Shown one piece after another: positions 8,943 through 17,940 of a stretch of DNA of 62,415 bases. Numbering within the stretch: position 1 is the first letter of the stretch; each line of letters starts with the position of its first letter. The stretch is from Nocardioidaceae bacterium (GTDB lineage: Bacteria; Actinomycetota; Actinomycetes; Propionibacteriales; Nocardioidaceae), in the NCBI GenBank assembly GCA_025927955.1, contig JAICKK010000001.1, positions 1-62,415 on the forward strand, written 5' to 3'. The notes under the pieces were generated by a model, which made no database searches, had not been told where the DNA came from, and was given only the letters and a program-made list of their open reading frames with translations. The translations under genes and the position numbers were made by a program.

Positions 8943-9631
8943 TGCATGCGGAACCGGGAGGAGAGCGCGTAGCGCAGCAGCACGACGTCGTCGATCCTGC
9001 GCACCTCGGCGAGGGTCGCGCGGCGGTCCGGGTGCCAGGGGAACCGGCCGTCGCCCACGAACCGGCGGGCCCGGGAGTCCCCGACGAAGAACGGCGCGAC
9101 GACCAGGTGCAGCTCGTCGGCGAGGTCGGCGGTCAGGAACTGCGTGTGCACCGTGCCGCCCCCCTCGACCATCAGCCGCCGCACACCGCGGTCGTGCAGG
9201 TCCTCGCTGAGCCGGCGCAGGTCGAGTGGCTGCCCGGCGTCGATGACGGTGGCCACCGAGCCGAGCCGCTCACGGGCCCGGTCCACCGCCGCGCTCACGC
9301 AGTAGACGAGCTTGTCGCTGTCGCCGGCGGAGAAGAACCGCGCGCACGGGTCGAGGCTCGCCCCCGCCGTCAGCGTGACCTTCGTCGGCGAGGCGGGCAG
9401 CCCCCGGGCCACCCGGCCGTCCCTGCGGGCGCGGCCGCGGACGACCAGCCGGGGGTTGTCCTTGCGGACGGTGGCGGCGCCCACCAGGATCGCGTCACAA
9501 CCGGCGCGAACGGCGTCGACCCGGTCGAGGTCGGCGGGGTTGGACAGCAGCAGCCGCTGCTCGGAGGCGCCGGCGAGGTAGCCGTCGAGCGACATGCCGC
9601 AGCTGAGCAGCGTGTACGGGCGCTCACCCAT
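8939..9631 (-). CDS. RibD C-terminal-type (DHFR-fold) reductase, no deaminase domain
   Basis: SCGMSLDG, DAILVGAATVRKDNP, LMVEGGG. Confidence 0.9.
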   Translation of the reverse strand: MGERPYTLLSCGMSLDGYLAGASEQRLLLSNPADLDRVDAVRAGCDAILVGAATVRKDNPRLVVRGRARRDGRVARGLPASPTKVTLTAGASLDPCARFFSAGDSDKLVYCVSAAVDRARERLGSVATVIDAGQPLDLRRLSEDLHDRGVRRLMVEGGGTVHTQFLTADLADELHLVVAPFFVGDSRARRFVGDGRFPWHPDRRATLAEVRRIDDVVLLRYALSSRFRMQ

Positions 9632-10586
9632 GGGCGACACCGGCCCGTCGTGGGACCTTCCCGCGGTCCCTGCGCAGCCGGCCGGCGAGCAGCACGGCGG
9701 CGCCGGGAAGGCTCGCGACCAGGACCAGCACGCCGTACACCACAGCGACGGCGACACCGTCGGCGGCCTGCAGGCCGGCCATGCTGAACGCCCACGCGGC
9801 CGCGCCCTCCCGCGGCCCCCAGCCGGCGACGTTCGTGGGCAGGGCCGCGGCCAGCAGCACCAGCAGCGCCAGGGGCACCATCCGCACCAGCGACACCGTC
9901 GTCCCGGCGGCCCGGGCGGCGACCAGGAAGGTGAGCACGTGGCCGGCCACGACCACCGAGGAGGCCACCACGATGCCGGGCCAGGCCCGGCGGGCGAGCA
10001 GCCCGCCGCGGAGGTCGGCCAGCGCGGCCGTCGCGACGCGCGCCCACCTCGAGGACCGTCGCCGCGGCAGCGCCCGGCTGCAGAGCACGGCGCCGAGCAC
10101 GCCCACCAGGACCGCCAGCAGGAGCGCGCCCGCGACGAGCGGGCCGCTGGCGCGCGCCGGCGACGGCAGCAGGAGCAGGACCGCCGCCGCGAGCACGACC
10201 TGCACGACCTGGCCGGCTCCGCGCTCCCAGGCGACGGCCCGGATCCCCCGTCCCAGGTCACCCGCGTCGCGACCGGAGCGGACGGCCCGGTCCACGTCCC
10301 CGAGGACCCCGCCCGGCAGGGTGGCGTTGAGGAACTGCGAGCGGTAGTACGCCGCCACCGCCGCCGGCAGCGGCACCCGGACGCCCAGGCCGCGTGCGAC
10401 CAGGCTCCACCTCCACGCGCAGCACACCGTGGTGAGCAGCGCGAGCGCGGCAGCCGCGGACAGGGACCAGCCGTCGACCTGTCGAAGGGCGCCAAGGAAC
10501 GCCCCGGTCCCGAACCGGACGACGAGCAGGACCAGGATCGCGGCGCCAGCCAGCAGGCGCACGACCGGCCACCAGCGACGCGTCAC
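9624..10586 (-). CDS. Lysylphosphatidylglycerol-synthase TM (flippase-like) membrane protein
   Basis: AWRW, FLNATLPGGVLGDV.RA, GWGPRE; multi-TM. Confidence 0.85.
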   Translation of the reverse strand: MTRRWWPVVRLLAGAAILVLLVVRFGTGAFLGALRQVDGWSLSAAAALALLTTVCCAWRWSLVARGLGVRVPLPAAVAAYYRSQFLNATLPGGVLGDVDRAVRSGRDAGDLGRGIRAVAWERGAGQVVQVVLAAAVLLLLPSPARASGPLVAGALLLAVLVGVLGAVLCSRALPRRRSSRWARVATAALADLRGGLLARRAWPGIVVASSVVVAGHVLTFLVAARAAGTTVSLVRMVPLALLVLLAAALPTNVAGWGPREGAAAWAFSMAGLQAADGVAVAVVYGVLVLVASLPGAAVLLAGRLRRDRGKVPRRAGVAHG

Positions 10587-11641
10587 GGCGAGACCGCCTG
10601 CAGCACCCGGGAGACCTCGTCCGCGGTGGTCGCCCATCCGGTCAGCGTGCCGCGGCGCCCTCGGGCCGACCCTCTGAGCCGCTCCCGCAGCCCGGTGTCC
10701 CCCAGCCACGACCGCAGCGCTCCCGCCAGCCGGCCCGGGTCATCGGGTGGCACCAGCACGCCCGGCAGGCTCCCATCGGGCGCCCGGCCGAGGGCCTGCG
10801 GGAGGCCACCGGCGCGGGTCGCGACGACCGGGAGGCCGTGGGCGAGCGCCTCGGTGACGACCATGCCGTAGGTCTCGGCCCGCGAGGCGTGCACCAGGAC
10901 GTCAGCCGCGGCGTACTCGGCCTCGAGGGCCGGACCCGTCCGTGGCCCGATCATGCGCAGACGGTCGTCGATGCGGCCGGTCCTGGCCTGCCGGCGGACC
11001 GCGTCCGCGAAGGCCGGGTCGCGGTCGAGGGACCCCGCGCAGACGCAGCGCCACCCGAGGTCGGACACCGCGGCCAGCGCGGCGACCAGCACGTCGTGGC
11101 CCTTGCCGGGAACCACGGACGCGACACACAGCAGCGCGCCTCCGGACGGTGACCCTGCAGAGACCGGCGCGGTGTCGGTGCCGGGCTCGGCGACGTGGAG
11201 CCGCTGCGGGTGGAGGGGGTAGCGCTCGAGCAGCGCGCACCGGGTCCAGGGACTCGTCGCGACGACGGCGGCAGCGCGGGTGAGCACCGCCTTCTCGGCC
11301 GCGGCCCCCGGACCGTGGAGGCCCAGGGGCAGGTGCACGAGGACGACGAGCCGCAGCCGGCCGGCCTCCGGCACCAGCACGTCGGGAGCGGTGGAGGCGA
11401 CCAGGCCGTCGAGCAGCACCACGGCCTGGGCGGGCAGCCCTCGCAGGACCCGGGCCAGGCCGGTGCGGGCGGCCGGGCCGGGCCGGGGCCACGACCCGGG
11501 CACGGCGTGCTCGTGCACGCTCCACCCGAGGCCGGACAGACCGCTGCAGACCCGCCGGTCGTAGACGTTCCCGCCACTGGGCCGCGCCGGGTCGTCGATG
11601 CCGTCGGGCACCACGACGTGGACGGTGCCGTGGAGGGTCAC
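10583..11641 (-). CDS. Glycosyltransferase family 4
   Basis: [31 protein letters not shown]. Confidence 0.92.
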   Translation of the reverse strand: MTLHGTVHVVVPDGIDDPARPSGGNVYDRRVCSGLSGLGWSVHEHAVPGSWPRPGPAARTGLARVLRGLPAQAVVLLDGLVASTAPDVLVPEAGRLRLVVLVHLPLGLHGPGAAAEKAVLTRAAAVVATSPWTRCALLERYPLHPQRLHVAEPGTDTAPVSAGSPSGGALLCVASVVPGKGHDVLVAALAAVSDLGWRCVCAGSLDRDPAFADAVRRQARTGRIDDRLRMIGPRTGPALEAEYAAADVLVHASRAETYGMVVTEALAHGLPVVATRAGGLPQALGRAPDGSLPGVLVPPDDPGRLAGALRSWLGDTGLRERLRGSARGRRGTLTGWATTADEVSRVLQAVSP

Positions 11642-12030
11642 AGCGCACGCTCGTAGGTGGCCCAGGCGACGTGCGACTCGTGCAGCGTGACGCTCAGGCC
11701 GACGAGCGCGGACCCGCCCAGGGCGCCGGAGTGCACGCGGTCGGCCAGCCGGTCGGCGACCACCCGGGCCAGGGCCTCGGTCGAGGTGTTGATGCCGGCG
11801 AACGCCGGCTCGTCGTCGAGGTTGCGGAAGCCCAGCTCGCCGAGGACCGCGTGCAGCTCCGCGCCCGCCCTGGCGATGTCGACCACGATGCCGTCGGCGT
11901 CGAGGTGCTCCGCGCGGAACGTCGCGTCGACGACGTACGTCGCACCGTGCAGCCGCTGAGCAGGTCCGAACACGTCGCCGGAGAAGCTGTGGGCGACCAT
12001 CATGTGGTCACGGACGGTGACGCCGAACAT
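11638..12030 (-). CDS. PTPS/QueD-family T-fold protein, non-canonical active site
   Basis: MVAHSF, RLHGATY, NTSTE, LHESH; no CxxxHGH. Confidence 0.88.
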   Translation of the reverse strand: MFGVTVRDHMMVAHSFSGDVFGPAQRLHGATYVVDATFRAEHLDADGIVVDIARAGAELHAVLGELGFRNLDDEPAFAGINTSTEALARVVADRLADRVHSGALGGSALVGLSVTLHESHVAWATYERAL

Positions 12031-12034
12031 CGAC

Positions 12035-13012
12035 CTACCCCCCGCCGTAGCTGATCGTGTGGCACAGCGCGGGCAGGCTCCCGTCCGCGAGCGCCGCCAT
12101 CACCTCGGGCAGCTCGTCGAAGCGGGACACGCCCGTCAGCAGCGCGTCGAACGCCGGGTCGACCAGCAGGTCCAGCGCCAGCCGCAGCCGCTCCTCCGTG
12201 GTGCGCCGCCGGCCGTCGCGAGGGGAGACCGTGCCGACCTGGCTGGCCCGGATGCCGAGGCGCCGCGAGTGGAACGCGCCGCCCAGGCGGAGGCGGACCT
12301 CCTGCTCGCCGTACCAGCTGAGCTCGAGGACCGTGCCCTCGGGACCCAGCAGGTCCAGGGAGCGCTGGAGCCCGGCGCCGGTGGCGCTGGCGTGGACCAC
12401 GAGGTCCTGGCCGTCCGGCGCCTCCTCGGGGCCGGCGAACCCGACGCCGAGCGCGGAGGCCACCTCGGCGCGGGACTGGACGTCGACGAGCGTCACCCGC
12501 GTCCCGGGGATGGTCGCGAGGAGGCGGGCGACGCAGCAGCCGACCATCCCGGCCCCCACCACGGCGATGCGGTCACCGACCAACGGCGCGGCGTCCCACA
12601 GCGCGTTGACGGCGGTCTCCACGGTGCCGGCCAGGACCGCCCGGGCAGGCGGCACCGCGTCCGGCACCACCGTCACGGCCCGCGCCGGCACGACGTACGC
12701 CGTCTGGTGCGGGTAGAGGCAGAACACCGTGCGCCCCCGCAGGGCCGGCGGGCCGTGCTCGACCACGCCGACGTTGAGGTAGCCGTACTTGACCGGTCCC
12801 GGGAAGTCGCCCTCCTGGAAGGGCGCCCGCATCGCGTCGTGCTGGCTCGCGGGCACGCCCCCCGCGAACACGAGCGTCTCGGTGCCCCTGCTCACCCCGG
12901 ACCACGACGTCCGGACCAGCACCTCGTCCGGGCCCGGGTCGGGCAGCGGCACGCCGCGGATCTCGCCCGCGCCCGGCTCACGCAGCCAGAACGCCCGACC
13001 GGACGTGCCCAC
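12035..13012 (-). CDS. Zinc-binding (MDR) dehydrogenase
   Basis: [34 protein letters not shown]. Confidence 0.9.
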   Translation of the reverse strand: MGTSGRAFWLREPGAGEIRGVPLPDPGPDEVLVRTSWSGVSRGTETLVFAGGVPASQHDAMRAPFQEGDFPGPVKYGYLNVGVVEHGPPALRGRTVFCLYPHQTAYVVPARAVTVVPDAVPPARAVLAGTVETAVNALWDAAPLVGDRIAVVGAGMVGCCVARLLATIPGTRVTLVDVQSRAEVASALGVGFAGPEEAPDGQDLVVHASATGAGLQRSLDLLGPEGTVLELSWYGEQEVRLRLGGAFHSRRLGIRASQVGTVSPRDGRRRTTEERLRLALDLLVDPAFDALLTGVSRFDELPEVMAALADGSLPALCHTISYGGG

Positions 13013-13148
13013 CGGCCCACTCCCTCCCGGCCACCTGAACCGCGGCAGCCCGTACGTCGTGTCACCGTCGTACCGCACGTCGCCGGCGACGGTCGACCCC
13101 TGCCGGCAGCGGGCCGACATCGAGCCACACTCCTCACACGGAGGCACC

Positions 13149-13880
13149 ATGCGCATGGTTCACCCCCGGAGGGCGACCGGGCCGCTGGCGCTCCTCGCCC
13201 TGCTCGGTGCCCTGGCGGGGACGGTCGGCCTGGGCCTGGCCGGCTGGCTCGTGGGCGCGGCCGGCGGCCTGGTGGTGAACGTGCTGCTGGCGCGGGCGCT
13301 GGCCCGTCACGGCGACGGGCGGCTGGGGCCGGCGGACCGCATCACGCTGACCCGGTCGACGCTGACCTGTGGTGTCGCGGCGCTGACCGCGGACTCGTTC
13401 CTGGCGCCCGCAGCGGTGCGGACCCTGGTCGCGCTGAGCGTCGTGGCCCTGCTGCTCGACGCCGTCGACGGCCGGGTCGCGCGGCGGACCGGCACGGTGT
13501 CGGCGCTCGGCGCCCGCTTCGACATGGAGGCCGACGCCTACCTGATCCTCGTGCTCGGCGTCTACGTCTCGGCCGCCGTCGCGCCGTGGGTGCTCGCGAT
13601 CGGCCTCGCGCGCTACGCGCTCCTCGGCGCCGGCAGGCTGCTGCCGTGGCTGCGCGAGTCCACCCCTCCGCGCTACTGGGCCAAGGTCGTCGCGGCGACG
13701 CAGGGCGCCGTGCTCACGTGCGCGGCGGCGGGGGTGCTGCCGGGCCGGTGGACGGAGGTCGCGCTCGCGGTGGCCCTCGTCCTGCTCGCCGAGTCGTTCG
13801 GCCGGGAGATCTGGACGCTGTGGCACGCCCGGTCCGCCGGTCGGAGCCTCGTGGTCGCGGTGGTGCCGTGGCGCGGCTGA
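13149..13880 (+). CDS. CDP-alcohol phosphatidyltransferase family protein
   Basis: GGAGG RBS; PADRITLTR; LDAVDGRVARRTG...GARFDMEAD. Confidence 0.9.
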   Translation: MRMVHPRRATGPLALLALLGALAGTVGLGLAGWLVGAAGGLVVNVLLARALARHGDGRLGPADRITLTRSTLTCGVAALTADSFLAPAAVRTLVALSVVALLLDAVDGRVARRTGTVSALGARFDMEADAYLILVLGVYVSAAVAPWVLAIGLARYALLGAGRLLPWLRESTPPRYWAKVVAATQGAVLTCAAAGVLPGRWTEVALAVALVLLAESFGREIWTLWHARSAGRSLVVAVVPWRG

Positions 13881-15475
13881 GGACGGCCGCGGCCGTCGTG
13901 CTCGTGTGGTGCGCGCTCGTCGCCCCCGACCGGCTCGAGCTGATGAGACCCGCCGCGTTCGTGCGCATCCCCCTCGAAGGCCTCCTGGCGCTGGCGGTCC
14001 TGCTGCTGCTCCCCCGCCGTACCCGTGCGGTGGCGGCCGTGGTCGCCGGCCTCCTGGTGGCTGGGCTGGTCCTGGTCAAGGCCCTCGACATCGGCTTCCT
14101 CGAGGCACTGGGCCGGCCGTTCGACCCGCTGACGGACTGGTCGTACGGCGGGCCGGCCGTCGGGCTCCTGGCCGACTCGGTGGGGCACGCGGTCGCGGTC
14201 GTCGTCCTGGTCGGGGCTGGGCTCCTGGCCGTGGCGATGCTGGTCATCCTGCCCATGTCCGTCCTCCGGCTGGCCACGTCCGCGGCCCGGCACCGACCCG
14301 TGGCCCTGCGCGCCATCGCGATGCTGGGCGTGGCCTGGCTGCTGTGCGCCGTGCTCGGCGTCCACGTCGTCCCCGACACGCCGGTGGCGTCGACGAGCGC
14401 CGCCCGGCTCGCCTACGGCCACCTGCACCAGCTGCGCGTCGACGTACGCGACGACCGGAGCTTCGCGCACGCGGTCGCCGACGACCGCTTCCGCGACACG
14501 CCGGCCGACCGGCTGCTGCGAGGCCTTCGAGGCCACGACGTCGTCATCGCCTTCGTGGAGAGCTACGGACGCGTCGCGCTCGACGGACCAGGCATGTCGG
14601 CTTCGGTGGACGCCGCCCTCGACACCGGAACCGCTCGGCTGCACGAGGCGGGCTTCTCCGCGCGCAGCGCCTTCCTCGACTCCCCCACGTTCGGCGGCCT
14701 CAGCTGGCTGGCCCACTCCACGCTGCAGACCGGGCTGTGGGTCGACGACCAGCAGCGCTACGACCACGTGGTCGCCGGCGACCGCTTCACCCTCAGCGAC
14801 GCGTTCCGCCGCGCCGGCTGGCGGACGGTCGGCGACGTGCCGTCGAACGGCTCCAGCTGGCCGGCCGGCCGCTCGTTCTACCACTACGACAGGCTCTACA
14901 ACGCCTGGAACGTCGGCTACGCCGGTCCGTCGTACAGCTATGCCACGATGCCGGACCAGTACACCCTCGCGGCCTTCGAGCGCAACGAGCTCGCCCGGCA
15001 CCCCCGCCGCCCGGTGATGGCGGAGATCGACCTGGTCTCCAGCCACACGCCGTGGACGCCGCTGCCGCGGCCCGTGCCGTGGAACGAGGTGGGCAACGGC
15101 TCCGTCTACGCCGGCCTGCCCCCGCGCGGGCCCGCTCCGGACGTCCTGTGGCGCGATCCCGAGCGGGTACGGCGGGCCTACGCGCGCTCCATCACGTACT
15201 CGCTGGACACCGTCGTGTCGTTCCTGTGCGGCTACCACCGGCGCGAGCACCGGAACCTCGTGGTGGTGCTGCTCGGCGACCACCAGCCCGCCACGGTGGT
15301 CTCCGGCCAGGGCGCGAACCATGAGGTGCCGGTCACCGTCATCGCGCGCGACCCGGCCGTGCTGAGGAGGATCTCGGGCTGGGGCTGGCAGGACGGCCTG
15401 AGGCCCGGTCGGCGGGCCCCGGTCTGGCCGATGGACGCCTTCCGCGACCGGTTCCTCGCCGCCTACGCGCGCTGA
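13868..15475 (+). CDS. Membrane-anchored alkaline phosphatase superfamily (LtaS/sulfatase-like) protein
   Basis: ~5 N-terminal TMs, FVESYG, SPTFGGLSWLAH, SSHTPW, GDHQP; start overlaps the upstream gene. Confidence 0.85.
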   Translation: MARLRTAAAVVLVWCALVAPDRLELMRPAAFVRIPLEGLLALAVLLLLPRRTRAVAAVVAGLLVAGLVLVKALDIGFLEALGRPFDPLTDWSYGGPAVGLLADSVGHAVAVVVLVGAGLLAVAMLVILPMSVLRLATSAARHRPVALRAIAMLGVAWLLCAVLGVHVVPDTPVASTSAARLAYGHLHQLRVDVRDDRSFAHAVADDRFRDTPADRLLRGLRGHDVVIAFVESYGRVALDGPGMSASVDAALDTGTARLHEAGFSARSAFLDSPTFGGLSWLAHSTLQTGLWVDDQQRYDHVVAGDRFTLSDAFRRAGWRTVGDVPSNGSSWPAGRSFYHYDRLYNAWNVGYAGPSYSYATMPDQYTLAAFERNELARHPRRPVMAEIDLVSSHTPWTPLPRPVPWNEVGNGSVYAGLPPRGPAPDVLWRDPERVRRAYARSITYSLDTVVSFLCGYHRREHRNLVVVLLGDHQPATVVSGQGANHEVPVTVIARDPAVLRRISGWGWQDGLRPGRRAPVWPMDAFRDRFLAAYAR

Positions 15476-15500
15476 GCCGCGCCCGCCGCCGGGACCTGGC

Positions 15501-15905
15501 TCAGTGGTGGCCGCGCACGACGACGCGTTGCCGCAGGGGGACTCCGGACCGCAGCCGGTACTCGCGCGCGAGGATCGCCAGGACCACGACGATCGCCACG
15601 ACCTCGGACACCGCCGCGGCGAGCACGTAGAAGCCGGACCACGTCTCGTGGACGCCGTACAGGCCCACGGTCGCGGAGGTCACGAACGCCCCCAACGTCG
15701 CCACCCCGAAGCCGAGGGCGAGCAGCGGCGGCAGCCAGTGGCGCCGCCACACGACCAGCAGGACCGCGATCACCACGCCCGCCACGGCGTTCAGCATGAA
15801 CGCCGGGCCGACCATGTGGATCGAGCGGAACCCGTCGAGCCACAGCCTGAGGTGGACGGCCGCCGAGACCAGCACGGCGATCGCAGCAAGCATCCGCATC
15901 TTCAT
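15501..15905 (-). CDS. Hypothetical four-TM membrane protein
   Basis: Hydrophobic helices, AVHLRLW, GLYGVHE. Confidence 0.75.
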   Translation of the reverse strand: MKMRMLAAIAVLVSAAVHLRLWLDGFRSIHMVGPAFMLNAVAGVVIAVLLVVWRRHWLPPLLALGFGVATLGAFVTSATVGLYGVHETWSGFYVLAAAVSEVVAIVVVLAILAREYRLRSGVPLRQRVVVRGHH

Positions 15906-16066
15906 GGTCTTCTCCGGTTCTCGAGGGTTCTCGGGGGTCTCGGGGTTCTCGGGGGTGTTCCGATCGCCTCGAAGGACGAGGTCTCTACGAGCACAACGAG
16001 CCGGGACGGTCTACGGTTCAGTGCAGTCCCTGCGGGCAGCGGGTGACCGGCGCCAGGGAGGCGCAC

Positions 16067-16513
16067 GTGAGCGAGCCGGACCCGCTCTCGAGCGTGGACC
16101 TCGACGTGGCCGCGAGCGGACCGGGATGTGCCGACTGCTCGGCGCAGCAGCCGCCCGGCTGGTGGGTGCACCTGCGCCGGTGCGCCACGTGCGGCCACGT
16201 CGGCTGCTGCGACTCCTCCCCAGCACGCCACGCGACGGCGCACTCCCGCGCCTCGGCACACCGCCTCATCCAGAGCTACGAGCCGGACGAGGGCTGGTAC
16301 TACGACTACCTCACGGACGCGATGCTCGAGAGATCGGCAGCGGGTTCATCGCTGACGCCACCTCGATCCGCGACGCGGTCGACCTCCAGCACCGGCACCC
16401 GCTGCTGTGGGCCGCCCTCGGGGGCGGCCGCGGGCGGGTGTGGCGGGCCCGCCGGCTCGCCGCCGAGCTCGACCGGTTCGTGGCCACCGGGCAGTCCAGC
16501 GAGCACGGGCTGA
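16067..16513 (+). CDS. UBP-type zinc finger protein, probably with a disrupted C-terminus
   Basis: GC..C...W.HLRRCATCGHVGCCDSSP.RHA..H...SYEP.E.W; sequence becomes low-complexity after about 16330. Confidence 0.7.
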   Translation: MSEPDPLSSVDLDVAASGPGCADCSAQQPPGWWVHLRRCATCGHVGCCDSSPARHATAHSRASAHRLIQSYEPDEGWYYDYLTDAMLERSAAGSSLTPPRSATRSTSSTGTRCCGPPSGAAAGGCGGPAGSPPSSTGSWPPGSPASTG

Positions 16514-16575
16514 CGCCCCTGGTCGTCCGGGCGAGTGTCGGGGGACGACGAAGTGACGCACGTCCGTCGTCGTAG
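16330..16575 (+). pseudogene. Remnant of a DUF222/HNH (13E12-repeat type) gene
   Basis: Alternative frame reads DAVDLQHRHPLLWAALGGGRGRVWRARRLA, resembling the DAL.L.HR.P.LW.....G....W.AR..A segment of DUF222 proteins; no start, no HNH domain. Confidence 0.5.
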
Positions 16576-16668
16576 CCAGGGGCCGGCCAGCAGTAGGTGA
16601 GGCAGGGCTGGACCGTTGCCGCCGGACCCCGAGACGACCTACTGTGCACGGAACTGGCTGGGGAGCGC

Positions 16669-16998
16669 ATGCATGAGCTCGCGGTGGCGGAGAGCGTGGT
16701 GTCCTCGGTGCTCGAACGCACCGGAGACCGACGGGTGAGCGTCGTACGCCTGAGCATCGGGCGCCTCGCCGGCGTCGTTCCGGACGCCCTGTCGTTCTGC
16801 TTCGAGCTGGCGTCCGGCGGCACGCCCCTCCAGGGCGCGTCGCTGGAGATCAGCGAGGCGCATGGACGGGCGCGCTGCCGGTCCTGCGAGAGCGACTTCG
16901 ACCTCGACGACCCCATCCTGCTCTGCGACTGCGGGAGCGCCGACGTGCTGCTCCTCTCGGGCCGGGAGCTGTCGGTGACCTCGGTGGAGGTGGCCTGA
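16669..16998 (+). CDS. hypA: Hydrogenase nickel metallochaperone HypA
   Basis: MHE start, CRSC and CDCG, GREL. Confidence 0.95.
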   Translation: MHELAVAESVVSSVLERTGDRRVSVVRLSIGRLAGVVPDALSFCFELASGGTPLQGASLEISEAHGRARCRSCESDFDLDDPILLCDCGSADVLLLSGRELSVTSVEVA

Positions 16999-16999
16999 C

Positions 17000-17785
17000 A
17001 TGTGCTCGACGTGCGGATGCGGCGAGGGCGGCGCCCGGGTGTCGGCGCTGGACGAGCGCGGGCGGACCTACGACGACCACCACGATCACGACCACGGGCC
17101 CGGCGCCGGAGCCCACGGCCACGGGTCCCCGGTGCCGCCGGAGTCCGGCACCCGCACGCACACTCTCGAGCTCGAGGTCGCGGTGCTCGCGAAGAACGAC
17201 GAGCTCGCCGCCGCGAACCGGTCCTGGCTGGCGGCGCGACGCATCACGGCAGTGAACCTGATGAGCTCACCCGGCGCAGGAAAGACCACCCTGCTGGAGC
17301 GCACGATCCAGGCGGCCACGCGGTCGGTGAGCGTGGTCGAGGGTGACCAGGAGACGCTGTTCGACGCCCGGCGGATCCGGCAGGCGGGTGCGCGTGCGGT
17401 CCAGGTGAACACCGGTGCCGGATGCCACCTCGACGCGGCGATGGTCGCGCGCGCCCTGGCGAGGCTGGGACCCGACGAGGACAGCGTCCTGTTCATCGAG
17501 AACGTCGGGAACCTGGTGTGTCCCGCGCTGTTCGACCTGGGCGAGAAGCGCAAGGTCGTGGTCGTCTCCGTCACGGAGGGCGACGACAAGCCGCTGAAGT
17601 ACCCGCACATGTTCGCCGCCGCCGACGTCGTCGTGCTCAACAAGACCGACCTGCTGCCGTACGTCGACTTCGACACCGGCCGGTTCACCGCCGACGCCCG
17701 CAGCCTCAACCGGCACGTCGAGGTGCTACCGGTCTCGGCGCGGACCGGCGCGAATCTCGAGGCCTGGTACGAATGGCTCGGCTGA
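17000..17785 (+). CDS. hypB: Hydrogenase nickel incorporation GTPase HypB
   Basis: MCSTCGC, His-rich linker, SSPGAGKT, GCHLDA, ENVGNLVCP, KPLKYP, NKTD. Confidence 0.97.
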   Translation: MCSTCGCGEGGARVSALDERGRTYDDHHDHDHGPGAGAHGHGSPVPPESGTRTHTLELEVAVLAKNDELAAANRSWLAARRITAVNLMSSPGAGKTTLLERTIQAATRSVSVVEGDQETLFDARRIRQAGARAVQVNTGAGCHLDAAMVARALARLGPDEDSVLFIENVGNLVCPALFDLGEKRKVVVVSVTEGDDKPLKYPHMFAAADVVVLNKTDLLPYVDFDTGRFTADARSLNRHVEVLPVSARTGANLEAWYEWLG

Positions 17786-17827
17786 TCGACGCTCACGCAA
17801 CGCGCGCAGGTATCGCGCCAGCAGCTC

Positions 17828-17856
17828 TTGACAGACGTGTGACGTAGGTCTCAGAT
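17828..17856 (+). promoter_or_regulatory. hhyS promoter: TTGACA -35 followed by a CRP/GlxR-like box
   Basis: TTGACA at 17828-17833; TGTGA-CGTAGG-TCTCA at 17838-17853. Confidence 0.6.
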
Positions 17857-17940
17857 GGTCGGTGGGAGACACGGGGCCTTCGGGGGTCCAAGGTGATCTA
17901 GCGGGGACTCGAGCGAACGGGTCCGGAGAGCCGGCAGTCG

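Noticed and set aside
12002-15475. 1157-aa giant or fusion protein (likewise 36792-40010, 1678-2952, 8939-10495)
   Set aside because: The N-terminal extensions overlap real genes in other frames. True starts are downstream at coupled junctions.
15918-15960. Degenerate TTCTCGGGG tandem repeats upstream of the membrane protein gene
   Set aside because: Short low-complexity microsatellite with no evidence of function.
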